DNA of 64,000 nucleotides, taken from positions 19,615,037 through 19,679,036 of the forward strand of contig NC_068997.1 of assembly GCF_001194135.2 (NCBI RefSeq), written 5' to 3'. Position 1 is the first letter of the stretch; each line of letters starts with the position of its first letter. The DNA is from Octopus bimaculoides. Lineage: Eukaryota. The translations under genes and the position numbers were made by a program. The notes under the pieces are model-generated. The model ran no database searches. It saw nothing but the letters and a program-made list of their open reading frames with translations, and was not told the DNA's origin. This document shows positions 52,514 to 64,000 of this stretch, in pieces.

Positions 52514-53247
52514 TATATGTATGTGTATATATATATATATGTACATAAGTTGGAACATTGCTAATTCCTCATGCGATATTCAAAAAATCTTTACAGTTTC
52601 ATGCCTGTGAATGGTAAGGTTGTGAGTTCAATTACCAGTGGTGTGTTGTGTCCTTGAGCAAGACACTTTCTTTCACCTNNNNNNNNNNNNNNNNNNNNNN
52701 NNNNNNNNNNNNNNNNNNNNNNNNNNNNNNNNNNNNNNNNNNNNNNNNNNNNNNNNNNNNNNNNNNNNNNNNNNNNNNNNNNNNNNNNNNNNNNNNNNNN
52801 NNNNNNNNNNNNNNNNNNNNNNNNNNNNNNNNNNNNNNNNNNNNNNNNNNNNNNNNNNNNNNNNNNNNNNNNNNNNNNNNNNNNNNNNNNNNNNNNNNNN
52901 NNNNNNNNNNNNNNNNNNNNNNNNNNNNNNNNNNNNNNNNNNNNNNNNNNNNNNNNNNNNNNNNNNNNNNNNNNNNNNNNNNNATCTAGTGGTGATAGCA
53001 AAGGGACAATTACTTCTAAAGAGAGGGAAGGTGTAAGCAGTATGCATGGACAAGGCTATAAAATGTATTAGAATCTAAAGGTATTTAAGGTAATGCTCGC
53101 ATTACTTAAATAAATTGAAGTAGCATGAAACGTGCGTACTGCAATCACCTTTGAAATCCGTGTTGCTTATTTTTTGATTTTGATCACCTATCCTTTTGGG
53201 ATACGATATTCGGGTGCCTACGCATAAGTACCATATTCAACCTTGAA

Positions 53248-53280
<33 letters not shown>

Positions 53281-53486
53281 GTGTGTGTATATATATATAT
53301 GTATATATAAAAATGTATGTATATATGTATGTGTATATATATATATATGTACATAAGTTGGAACATTGCTAATTCCTCATGCGATATTCAAAAAATCTTT
53401 ACAGTTTCATGCCTGTGAATGGTAAGGTTGTGAGTTCAATTACCAGTGGTGTGTTGTGTCCTTGAGCAAGACACTTTCTTTCACCT
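52514..53486. other. Identical 165-bp duplication around a gap, probable assembly artefact
   Basis: 52514-52678 equals 53322-53486; the first copy ends exactly at gap 52679-52983. Confidence 0.75.
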
Positions 53487-54839
53487 TGCTCTAACCAGTC
53501 CATTCAGGTGATGAAAATGAGTTGTACCTGTAATTCAAAGACCTTGCTTTGTCAGATTCTGTCTTGCTTTGAATATCTCAGAGAACTACATTAGGGGTAT
53601 TTGTGTCTGTGGAGTGCTCAGCCACTTCCTTGTTAATTTCAAAGCAGGATATTCTGTTGATTGGATCAACTGGAACCCTCGTCATCATAACTGTCAGACT
53701 GCCAGTATATATATATATTTATTGTTTTCATGTGCAATTATATATATTGAAATGTCATGCAGTACGTTCTTTTGGCAGAGTACTATACACACACACAAAC
53801 ACACATATTATGTGTGGGTGTGTGAAAGAAAAAGAGAGAGAGAGAGTGTGAGTCAAGTTTTATTATTTTAGCATGCAAGAGAACAGTTGTTGTTGTTTGT
53901 TCCTTCTTGAGCCATGCCTGGCTCAAGAGGGCTGGTTTCTCAGTTTTGGTTCTGGTCGTACAAGTCCTGATGATGCTCGTGACTGACCAAAGTCCAAGTT
54001 TCAGACACTGGCTACATGTCATTCTCCAAAATTGCAACCAGTGAGAAAGAGAACTAGGCTTCATTTCTGCTTAACCCCCAAGTCTGACATCCTTTTGAAC
54101 AAAGAAGCATGGTGTTTGGTATTTATTTAATATGCATTACTAAAGTTGCATGTGACAGTTACTATAAAACAACAAAGGTCTGATTTGATTTTCATTCAAA
54201 TATTTTAATTGTTGTTATTGAAATATGGACTTGTGTAATTATTTAGAATAACGATATGCATTTGTGGTTTGGCAAAACAAAGACCCCCTACTCTGTTTCA
54301 ATTCTCTATATTTACAAACAAAATGTTTTTCTCTATTATATCTAATGTATTCGTTACAGTCAGTTAATTATTATGATGTAAATCAGTTATTTTTAGTTGA
54401 ATTTGTTTTTCCCCAAGCTAAATTAAGACCTTATTTATTCAATTTCCAAGCAATATTTTGTTTTCTGTGGTCTTAATACCCTCTATAGAAACACATTTTA
54501 ATTACAGTTTGGTGAATAAGTGAAAAAACAAGCAAAAAAACCAAAAAAAAACCATCAAACAAAAGCAACCAGAAAACACTACAAAATTTGCAACAGCATA
54601 AAATTGCATAAAGAATTTTCTTTCATAGAAACACATTTGGAGTAAAATTGATATTAAAAATATATTTTTTCTTAATTAATTTTTTTTCTTCTCTGCAATG
54701 CTTTTATCATTTTCATTATCTTTTTTTATTCAGAATGATATCCAATGTTACAAATCTCAACTTGCAATGAAATTGATAATCTTCCTTCAATCAGATTTTC
54801 ATATTCTGTGAAATGATAAAAAATTCAGTATCAGACCTC

Positions 54840-54905
<66 letters not shown>

Positions 54906-54935
54906 TACTATTGTTGTTGTTGTTGTTATTATTAT

Positions 54936-55378
54936 TCGACATTTGATAGTTTTAGGCAAATTTCTGTTGCATCACCTGCTACACCTCCATGTTGCCGAGG
55001 TGTGTATAGTATTGTGTGGTCTTTTATTTTTCCTGTTCTTGGGGAGTGAAAACTCTTCCCAGTGTTGTATTGCATCAGTTTGTTTTGTCATGGGGTTTCG
55101 CTGCAGTCTTTTGTTGTACTAGTGTTTCTTCTATTGTGTGTAATGTGAGTTGTGTTTGTTGGGTAGCCAACCTGTAGAGTACATGTTGTGGGGGTTGTTT
55201 ATTTTATTAGATATTTAGTGTATAGAGTGTGTCTTGTGTTCGTGGATTGTTTTATTTGGATTGTACTATTGAACTGATAGTGTCTTGCATAGGATGTGGG
55301 TTGTTCCTAGCAGGGATATTTTTTGGATAGTGTATAGTGCTGAGGGTCCAAGTATAGCTTCTATGTTTTTGTTCATAC
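54936..55378 (-). mobile_element. Dong/R4-like RLE retrotransposon 3' end, family 1
   Basis: 55376-55266 reads MNKNIEAILGPSALYTIQKISLLGTTHILCKTLSVQ*, then ~330 nt of 3' UTR ending in (AAT/AAC)n. Confidence 0.62.
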
Positions 55379-55423
55379 ATTATTATTATTATTATTAATA
55401 TTATTATTATTATTATTATTATT

Positions 55424-55865
55424 GCTTTTGCACAGCTTCTAATGCTGGAGATGTACTACGGTGTCAGCTGTTCACTACCAGTGAACTAAGATAATACCCC
55501 TTATTTTTCCAGCACCTTCTGGAGTATTCGAGCAGTTCCAAGCAGTGCTGTTTTCTGCAAGTGTTCCACCCTTAATGAAGCCCCCATTTGTTCCATGTAC
55601 TTCTCGACATTTTTTGCTCACTGTTCCCAGGGCTCCGACAATTATTGGTACTACTGCTACCTTTTTCATCAACCACAACTGCTTAACTTCCCAAGCTAAC
55701 CTGTCATATCTCTCAACTTTTCTTTCTTCCTTATCGCATACCTTGTTGTCAGCTGGGCATGCTATATCTATGATCCAGCATCATTTGTTTTCTTTCTCAA
55801 TTAAGACTATGTTCGTCTTCCTATTCTCAATCTCACAGTCACACTGGATCACAAAATCCCATAGA

Positions 55866-55867
<2 letters not shown>
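55424..55867 (-). mobile_element. Dong/R4-like RLE retrotransposon 3' end, family 2
   Basis: ILWDFVIQCDCEIENRKTNIVLIEKENK*CWIIDIACPADNKVCDKEERKVERYDRLAWEVKQLWLMKKVAVVPIIVGALGTVSK, frameshift, NVEKYMEQMGASLRVEHLQKTALLGTARILQKVLEK*. Resembles the PD-(D/E)xK RLE domain; (ATT)n on both sides. Confidence 0.85.
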
Positions 55868-55910
<43 letters not shown>

Positions 55911-55912
<2 letters not shown>

Positions 55913-56560
55913 GGTGGCAAGCTGGCAGAATTATTTGTGTTCTGGACGAAATGCTTAGTAGTATTTTGCCCGTTGCTATGTTCTGAGTTCAAATTCCACC
56001 AAGGTTGACTTAACCTTTCATCTTTTCGAGATTGATAAAAATAAGTACCAATTGAACACTAGATTTGATGTAATTGACTCATCCTCTCCCTCAAAATTGC
56101 TGCCCTTGCGGAAAAATTTGAAACCATTATGATTATTATTATTATTATTATTATTGTGGGGAGCTGGCAAAATTGTTAGCATGCCAGACAAAATGCTAAG
56201 TGGCATTTCATCTATTTTTATGTTCTGAGATCAAATTCTGCCTAGATCAACTTTGCCTTTCATCCCATCAGGGTTGATAAAATAAGTACCAGTCAAGCAC
56301 TGGGTCTATGATATCAACTTTCCCCTCCCCTTAAAATCGCTGGCCTTGTGCCAGAATATGAAACCATTGTTATTATTGTTGCTATGTTCTGAGTTCAACT
56401 TTACCTTTCATCCTTTTGGGGTCGATAAATTAGGTACCAGTTGAAGTACTTGGGTTGACTATCCCGCCCCCAAAATTTCAGACCTTGTGCCTATAATAGA
56501 AAGGATTATTGTTGTTGTTGTTGTTGTTAAGGTGGCATGATCGTTAGCATACGGGACAAA
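55911..56560 (+). mobile_element. Head-to-tail array of 3-4 Meta-domain-like SINEs separated by (ATT)n/(GTT)n
   Basis: Copies start near 55911, 56156, 56380 (truncated) and 56530 (head only). Confidence 0.75.
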
Positions 56561-57599
56561 ATGATTAGTGGTGATGGCTGAAACAAGTACAAGATAAGAG
56601 ATAATTTATAATTATGCTATGGTTTCATCGATCTGATCTCTGATCATCATCAAACGTCCTATTTCTGAACATGCACATTGTTACTGTAGACTTGCTTCAA
56701 ACTAGAATCTGCTATTCCTTAATTAAAGGTGATAATGGTCTTATTCACTGAGTCACTGATGCATGAACATGATTCTCTTGCTGGCTCTCCAAGGTTGGAT
56801 GGCTGAAGACAAATTAATTTTCAATGTCAGTGTTTAATGAGGAAACATAGCACAGGTATGGCTGTGTAGTAAGAGGTTTGCTACCCAACCGCATGTTTCC
56901 AGGTTCAGTGCCTCGTCATGGCACCTAGGGCATTGTGGAATGAAAGCCTTGTGGGTGGAGCTGGTAGATGGAAACTGAGAAGAAGCCCATTGTATGTTTG
57001 TATGTGTGTGTGTGTATGTATATATGTTTATATGTGTATATATATATAAATATATGCACATATATATATCTGTGTACATATATGTGTGTGTGTATATATG
57101 TGTATGTATATATATATATGTATGTATATATACACAGATATCATCATCATCATCATCATCGGACGTTAAACGATGATGATGATGATGATGATGATATCTG
57201 TGTGTGTATATCATCCTCCTCGTCATCATTGTTTAACATCTGCTTTCCATGCTGGTATGGGTTGGACGATTTGACTGAGGACTGCACCATGCTTCAATCT
57301 GATCTGGCAAAGTTTCTACAGCTGGATGCCCTTCCTAACACCAACCACTCTGAGAGTGTAGTGGGTGCCATTTACATGCCACCGGCATGGGAGCCAGTCA
57401 GGCAGCACTGGCATCAACCATGCTTGAATGGTGTTTTTACGTGCCACCAGCATGGGTGCCAGTTAGGTGGAACTCAGCAGGTCTTCTCATGCAATTTGCT
57501 CGAGTAAAGGCGGTGCTCCAGCATGGCCACAGTCAAATGACTGAAACAAGTAAAAGAATAAAAGAAAAATATATATATATATATATATGCGAGTAAAAA

Positions 57600-58030
57600 T
57601 AAATACAAAAAAGGTGGTTTTTTTGTATGATTGTGTATAGAGGAATATATTATTTTGTTTAAAAGAGTTCCAACACTGTCTGTTTTTTATGTTTTATTTA
57701 TATTCCTGCAGAACCAATGTGGGGTATAGAATATGGAATATACAATATATAATATAATATACAATATATAATATAAAATAAAAATGGATGGCACCATGAA
57801 AGAAAGTATTGAATGTAGATGAAATATTGAGTGTTCAATATAAAGGATCAAATATATAAATATATAAATATAAATATATAAAGGCGACTCGAGTTTCAGG
57901 GCTATTTCCCTTCGTCATGGCCGGTATGACAGACTTTAACAGACTGTAATAAGTTGGCTGGTTTTCTGTCTTTTATACCAATTCCTTTGGACGGCAGCAG
58001 TAGGTGTTTGGCTATTTTTAGAATTAATGT
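57600..58030 (-). mobile_element. Probable Penelope-like pseudo-LTR remnant
   Basis: Inferred only from the embedded hammerhead motif and AT-rich downstream sequence; no RT or GIY-YIG ORF seen. Confidence 0.4.
57883..57922 (-). ncRNA. Penelope-type minimal hammerhead ribozyme motif (variant core)
   Basis: GGC-CAUGACGA-AGGG(aaauag)CCCU-GAAAC(UCGA)GUC-GCC: stems I (3 bp), II (4 bp), III (2 bp), palindromic loop, GUC triplet; one extra A in the CUGA box. Confidence 0.6.
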
Positions 58031-59163
58031 CAAATATATATATATATATAATTATATATATAATATAAATACTGGAGTCAATTCATTCAGCTAGAAACTT
58101 TTCAAGGTGGTGCCCCAGCATGGCCACAGTCTAATGACTTAAACAAATAAAATATAAAAGATAAAAGATAGATAAGAATAGACATTTCACATTCATTCTA
58201 TGCCAGACAAGGTGCAGCAACAAGCTCCACATTCTGGCACTCCCTTGTTTTTCTTCATCAGAATGCCACAATAATAACTTGTTAAAGGAAGAGTAACTTC
58301 ATCCGTCTCTGTTTCATTTTGTTTTTTATCCTTGTCACCAAATTTAACCAATGTCCTTTTCACATGTACGTTCTCCTTCACTTTCTCATTAGCCTTGTTC
58401 TTCTCAACTGGCCACTATATCAGTTCCCACAACTCAGGTAGTACATTATCGTTGTGGGTGATTTAATAGAGAAATAAATTGTGTTAATAATCTTTGTGTA
58501 ATGTCATAGATTTGTATTTTGAAAGTTTTCAAAGGAAACAATGCAGACTAAGAGACGCTTTTTTAAATGTATTTTATTAATCAGAAAGGTCATAGCCATT
58601 ATCTTGATAGATATTCGGTAAGTGTCAAACTGTATGATAGGTTGCTCTCAGTTGTGTTGACTGTGATAATGTGGAAAACAATATATCTATATACATATTG
58701 CACTTAAGATTTTACTTCAGTTGTTTGTCAGATTTGTCTGGATAAGTCAGGGATACCTGTCTGCTTTTAAAATGAGAAGCATATATTGGTAAGTTTGTAT
58801 GTAAACTATTTAATGCATGGATCACCGCAAAAGCTTAATTAGAGATATTTATACAGTGGAGTGGGGGTGGAGTTGAGGAATAAAAATATAATTAATGACT
58901 AACTTTTCATGTATTCCTGACCTCTTTGGGATCTGTTTCAGTGTTATTCTGAACTCATCTGCAAAGTAGTAAAGCATTAATCTCTTTGTATTTGCTGAAT
59001 GACGTATCGATGAATTAATCATTATTAAATGAATGGTTATCTATTTTTTTGATATTGAAAAAAATGAAAAATGAGAATTCTTTAGAGATTGAAAAAATTA
59101 GAAATATCTCGCTTTTGGATTTGGTTTGCAAGATTCTTTATGTGAGTTCGTGTGTTGAAGCAT

Positions 59164-59334
59164 ATTCTGTTGTGTCTAGGGAGAGTCATTTTCTTTTTGT
59201 GCCTTATAATTTAACACACTGACCGGTAAAATTTCCACTTATTTCTTATTTTTATTTTCCTAAAATTTTCGTTGTGTCTTGCAACCTTTTCAATAGTCCT
59301 GACTAATAAGGACTCTCCCCAGACACAACAGAAT
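59164..59334. mobile_element. Fold-back element, right arm mostly deleted
   Basis: 24-bp terminal IR attctgttgtgtct(a/g)gggagagtc (1 mismatch); a second symmetry centre atagtc-ct-gacta near 59293-59305. Confidence 0.7.
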
Positions 59335-59986
59335 TTAGAAATATCATTATCGTAAAAAATATTTGATATCTTAGTTTTAAAATATTTAATGTATAAGACA
59401 TTAAAAAGATAATGAGAAATCATCATCATCATTTGAATGTCGAGTCCATTTTTCTGTGCTTGCATGGGTCAGAAGGAGTTTATTGAGGTTGATTTCTATG
59501 GCCAGACACTTTCCCTGTTGTGAAGCAAGGTAATTTTCCTCCCTTAGTCAGACATGTTCTTGCAGAACATTGAATTTGGATGTCACTACTTCTATGACAG
59601 TAGCAATCAGTTTACAACTACTGTGTGAGGTCATGACATGGAGACACAAACATACATGCACTCATGTTCACACACACACACATACACACACATGTACACA
59701 AATTTTCTTTTCCTTTGGTCAATAAGTGTTATTTCCTATTTGCTTTTATCTAGAAATCAAAGGAAATGACTAATGTTCACTTCAAATTTTGCTTTTGTGT
59801 CCTGGTCATCAATGTTTTGAAACTGATCTGTTTTCCATTACATTTCAAACCGATTCAGCACTGAGTTGCTGAAGCAGAAATATTGTTATAGTAAATATTC
59901 TGCTCAATGCCACAGATTTGCTTGTCAGTTGTTGAAGCTTTGCCACTTGAGCATGTCCCTTAGTGGCTGACAATATGTGTATCTCT

Positions 59987-60209
59987 TAAGGCGGCGAGCT
60001 GGCAGAATCATTAGCACGCCGAGCAAAATGCTTAGCGGTATTTCATCTGCCATTATGTTCTGAGTTCAAACTCCGCCAAGGTCGACTTTGCCTTTCATCC
60101 TTTCGGGGTCGATTAAATAAGTACCATTTACACACTGGGGTCGGTGTAATCGACTTAAGCCCTTTGTTTGACCCTCTATGTTTAGCCCCCTGTGGGCAAT
60201 AAAGAATTA
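59987..60209 (+). mobile_element. Young Meta-domain-like SINE with 15-bp TSD
   Basis: TSD aatatgtgtatctct at 59972-59986 and 60210-60224; CpG-intact. Confidence 0.88.
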
Positions 60210-61024
60210 AATATGTGTATCTCTGATCAGGAGCAGGAGTAGTTGGGGAGCATCATAGCCATGTGTTGAGAGGGATTGTTTGGGATTTGAACAAATATAA
60301 CAAAATCAAATTTTGAAGGAAATATTAGCCATTTGTCATACTTTTTTTAGGAGTAAGCAAATAGGAAATAACAGTTACTACACAAGAACAAAAATTGTGT
60401 TACACAGTATAATAAGTTTGTATCATAATACTATGGATAGCCTGAAGTAGATTAGTATCAACAGGGTTAATACCTGTGATGCCATCTGGGCTGGCAATTC
60501 AATAGTGCTGTGAGAATGGAAAAAAAAATCTGCTAAACTAAAATAGATTTTTAGGTAGTTGTTCTTTCATCAGAAATTCAACACCTGTGGTTTCCTATTC
60601 TAGTGTGCATCCATTTCAATTCTCTTCTAAATAATTTTGTCATGATTCTCTCTACTACTTTCATAATTTGATTGATTATCTCTAATCCTATGTGATTCCC
60701 TCTATCCAGTGCCCCTGTTTAACCTCTGCACTAGTTAACAATTGTATTGCTTCATCAATCATTGAACTAAGTCCTGTGATGCATACCTTGGTGATTTGAT
60801 AAGTCTGGAAAATGTGCCAGATGCATTAGAATGGTAGAATGGCAAGTGAACAAGAGAATGTTGATAATGGAAATTAAAGCCCATAGCTCAAGTGCCATCA
60901 AGTTCTTCATAGTGGGCGTCCGATGATGAAATGAGATTCACACATGCACGCATGCAGGATATTAATTGATTTTAGTGGAGGTGTGTGAAAAGAAGTAAAC
61001 AAGTGAATACTCCAGTTATTTATA

Positions 61025-61080
<56 letters not shown>

Positions 61081-61225
61081 GTATATATGTATATATATGT
61101 GTGTGTGTGTATGTATATGAATGTATATATATGTATCTGTGTACATTTATGTGTGTGTATGTGTGTGTGTTTATACATATATATGTATATACATATCTAT
61201 GTATATGTGTTTATAAATATCTATG

Positions 61226-61256
<31 letters not shown>

Positions 61257-62395
61257 TGGTTGATTTGGGTATAAAACAAAACTCAGATACTGAGGATTTA
61301 CTGAAAAGAAGTGTTGTTAGTTGGTAGTTGGTTTATGGCTGGATGGAATTTAGGCATTTCACAATGTGTGAACTTTGTGTTCATGTTTGCTTCACCATTG
61401 CTTGACAGTTGGTGCTGGTTTGTTCATGTCCTTGTGACTTAGTATTTCCTCAAAAGAGACTGATTGAATATGTGTCAGACTTAAAAAAAAAAAAAAAACT
61501 TCACGGTGTCTACAGTCCAGGGACTGGTACAATTAAGTTTAAAAAATAAAAAAAATAAAGTTAATTAATTAACTAACTTGTATCATAATGATAAGAAATT
61601 AAATGCAACCAACTCATGAGTTTTCAATGGCAAAATGACCCTCACAAAGCATAAAAACTCTGTTTCAACACAGGATTTCATATCAAGAATATCTATAAAA
61701 CAAATCTGAAAATGAAATATTGCAAGTAATTTTCTATTAAAATATATTTATTTATTTTTTTTACTGATATTCCTCAGGTAAATGAATTAAAATAGGTAGA
61801 AAGAAATACAATGTCATGGTACAGTAATAATGGTTTCAAATTTTGGTAGAAGGCCAGCAAGTTGACCCCAGTGTTCAACTAGTACTAATCTTATCAACCC
61901 TGAATGTCAACCTCGGCAGAATTAGAACCCAAAATGTAAAGACAAATGAAATGCTACCAAGCATTTCACCCAGCGTGCTAACAGTTCCGCCAACTTACCA
62001 TGTTTAAAGGTTATGTACATTGTTGGAACACATGACCTGTGAACTTGCAGGTCACTCTGTTATTGACTTGAAAATTTTGTTGAAGTAAAAAACAAACAAA
62101 AAAAAAAACTGAGAAAAAAAGAAAAGCAACAGCATAATTCAGTGAGAATGCTCAAAATAACTTTGAAGTAATTTCCCATAAGAAGTAAATAAGTACATTT
62201 CATGACCACTGCAAGGAAAAGTGCTTTAGAAATTCATTCATTATTCCACAATTCAGTATTGTATTTCTGTTGACATTAAGAAAAACCAGTGTCAGGGTTA
62301 CCAAAAGCAAATATTCTCAATTTCACATATTCTAAATAGCAAGTATTTTATGAGAACATTAACTTTTGCTATGTTTCATGGACAAACTTGATATT

Positions 62396-62633
62396 TTAAC
62401 CCTTTCCACTTGCAGATTACTTTTGTCAAACGTAACACTTATTTATTCACATTGTTCTGAAATAATCTTGCATAGTTTTGTAGCTTTTGAGATTTTGATG
62501 ATGTGATTGTTTATTTTCAGAATGACATTTTAGGATAGGTGTGAGAGACCAGATCTAGCCGGTTTGTACATGTAGAAAAAAGATGTAGAATAATAATGTC
62601 AGGATTTGGCTGGTTTAAATGCTAAGGAGTTAA
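62396..62633. mobile_element. TTAA-flanked piggyBac-like MITE
   Basis: TTAA at both ends; internally collinear with 5269-5492. Confidence 0.7.
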
Positions 62634-62819
62634 TCTGTCATCAGCCAAATTATATTGATTCCGGTTTCTTTTTATATTTGTTGCATGGTTTTGAAGAAAT
62701 TGAAAGCAGTTTATTTTCAGAATGACATTGTAGTGTATGTGTGTGAGGCTGGATCTGGCTAGTTTGAATACAGATCAGGTAGAATATTTAAAAAAAAAAT
62801 TTTAAAAACCATCGAGATA

Positions 62820-63250
62820 ATTCTTTTATTTCTTTCAGTCATTTGACTGTAGCCATGCTGGAGCACCGCCTTTAGTTGAAGAAATCGACCCCAGGACTTA
62901 TTCTTTGTAAGCTTAGTACTTATTCTATCTGTGTCTTTTGCCGAACTGCTAAGTTAAGGGGACATAAGCACCAACGTCAGTTGTCAAGTGAAGATGGAGG
63001 GACAAACACAGACACACAAACACACACACACACACAACAGGTTTCTTTCAGTTTCCAACTACCCGGCGTGCTAACGTTTCTGCCAGCTCGTGGCTTTATT
63101 TGGTCTCTTTTGGTTTCTGTCAATGAAATCGACTCACAAGGGTTTGGTTGGCCCGAGGCTATAGAAGAAGACACTTGTCCAAGGTGCTGCATAGTGGGAC
63201 TGAACTTGGAAACATGTAGTTGGGAAGCAAGCTTCTTACAATACAGCCAC
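62820..63250 (-). mobile_element. CORE-like tRNA-SINE, full length, with foreign sequence inserted at ~63060-63130
   Basis: 3' half, (CA)n and head collinear with other copies. Confidence 0.75.
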
Positions 63251-63728
63251 ACACACACACGTGTGTGTGTGTGTATGTATGTGTGTGTGTGTGTGTATGT
63301 GTGTGTGTGTTGTTTAATAACAGTTTGATTTGGCTATCTTCTTTCTAAAGAAATCTTCAAATATTTTCAAATGCTTCAGATTTGTTGGACCAATGCCAGA
63401 TTGACACAATGTTCAAAAAAGACACTGTGACATTTATGGCATCTCTCAACATTCATCTTCATTGTATTACTAATGTTTCTTTTAATGACATTTTTACGAA
63501 AAAAAAGACACTACTCTACCTCCTTCTCCTTCTTCTCTTCCTCCTTCTCCTTCTTCTCTTCCTCCTCATGTGTATGTATATGTACTTCTATATGCGTGTG
63601 TACGTTTATGTGCGTGTGTGCATATGTATTTATGCATGTGTATGTGTGCGTATATATATATGCATGCGTATATATATATGCATGCGTATGTATATATGTA
63701 TATATAAATCTGTGTGTGTATGTGAATG

Positions 63729-63781
<53 letters not shown>

Positions 63782-63955
63782 TTGTGTATTTGTCTGTGTG
63801 TATACATGTATGTTTATGTACTTACCATCATGATCATTGTCATCGTCGTCATCTATCTGTCTAATAATTTACTTTGGCTTCTTTAATATTTGTGTCTGAA
63901 GTGTTGAAGAATTTCTGTATTCCTTTGAGTTGTGTATGCCTATGCAATATATCAT

Positions 63956-64000
<45 letters not shown>

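Noticed and set aside
56625-56660. TGATGA-TGATC...GATCG-AT-GAAAC on - strand
   Set aside because: C3 missing, 2-nt insertion before GAAA, no stem I or III.

Overview
AT-rich, microsatellite-dense eukaryotic DNA from a gapped short-read scaffold (12 N-runs; largest 25603-26411, 46347-46974, 51195-51668, 52679-52983). The repeat families match those I recall from octopus genomes, so an octopod cephalopod is the likely source (recollection, not a search). I cannot support any complete host protein-coding gene; most ORFs in the track are translations of microsatellites, SINEs or N-runs. The window looks like a CpG-rich promoter/first-exon segment (about 300-790) followed by a long CpG-depleted, intron-like region full of mobile elements. 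These include several tRNA-derived SINE families (some with 15-bp TSDs), a short (ATG)n-tailed element sharing its 3' end with an RTE LINE, two RTE RT fragments, a mariner transposase remnant and TTAA-flanked piggyBac-like MITEs. Three decayed restriction-like-endonuclease (RLE) retrotransposon 3' ends are not labelled by the ORF track: one Hero-like and two different Dong/R4-like ends stacked in one (TAA)n tract. There is also a Penelope-type minimal hammerhead motif and several long fold-back elements. No new biological system is demonstrated. The best leads are the (TAA)n landing pad, the hammerhead, the Hero remnant, the fold-backs and a few candidate microexons. Ends of old repeats are approximate.
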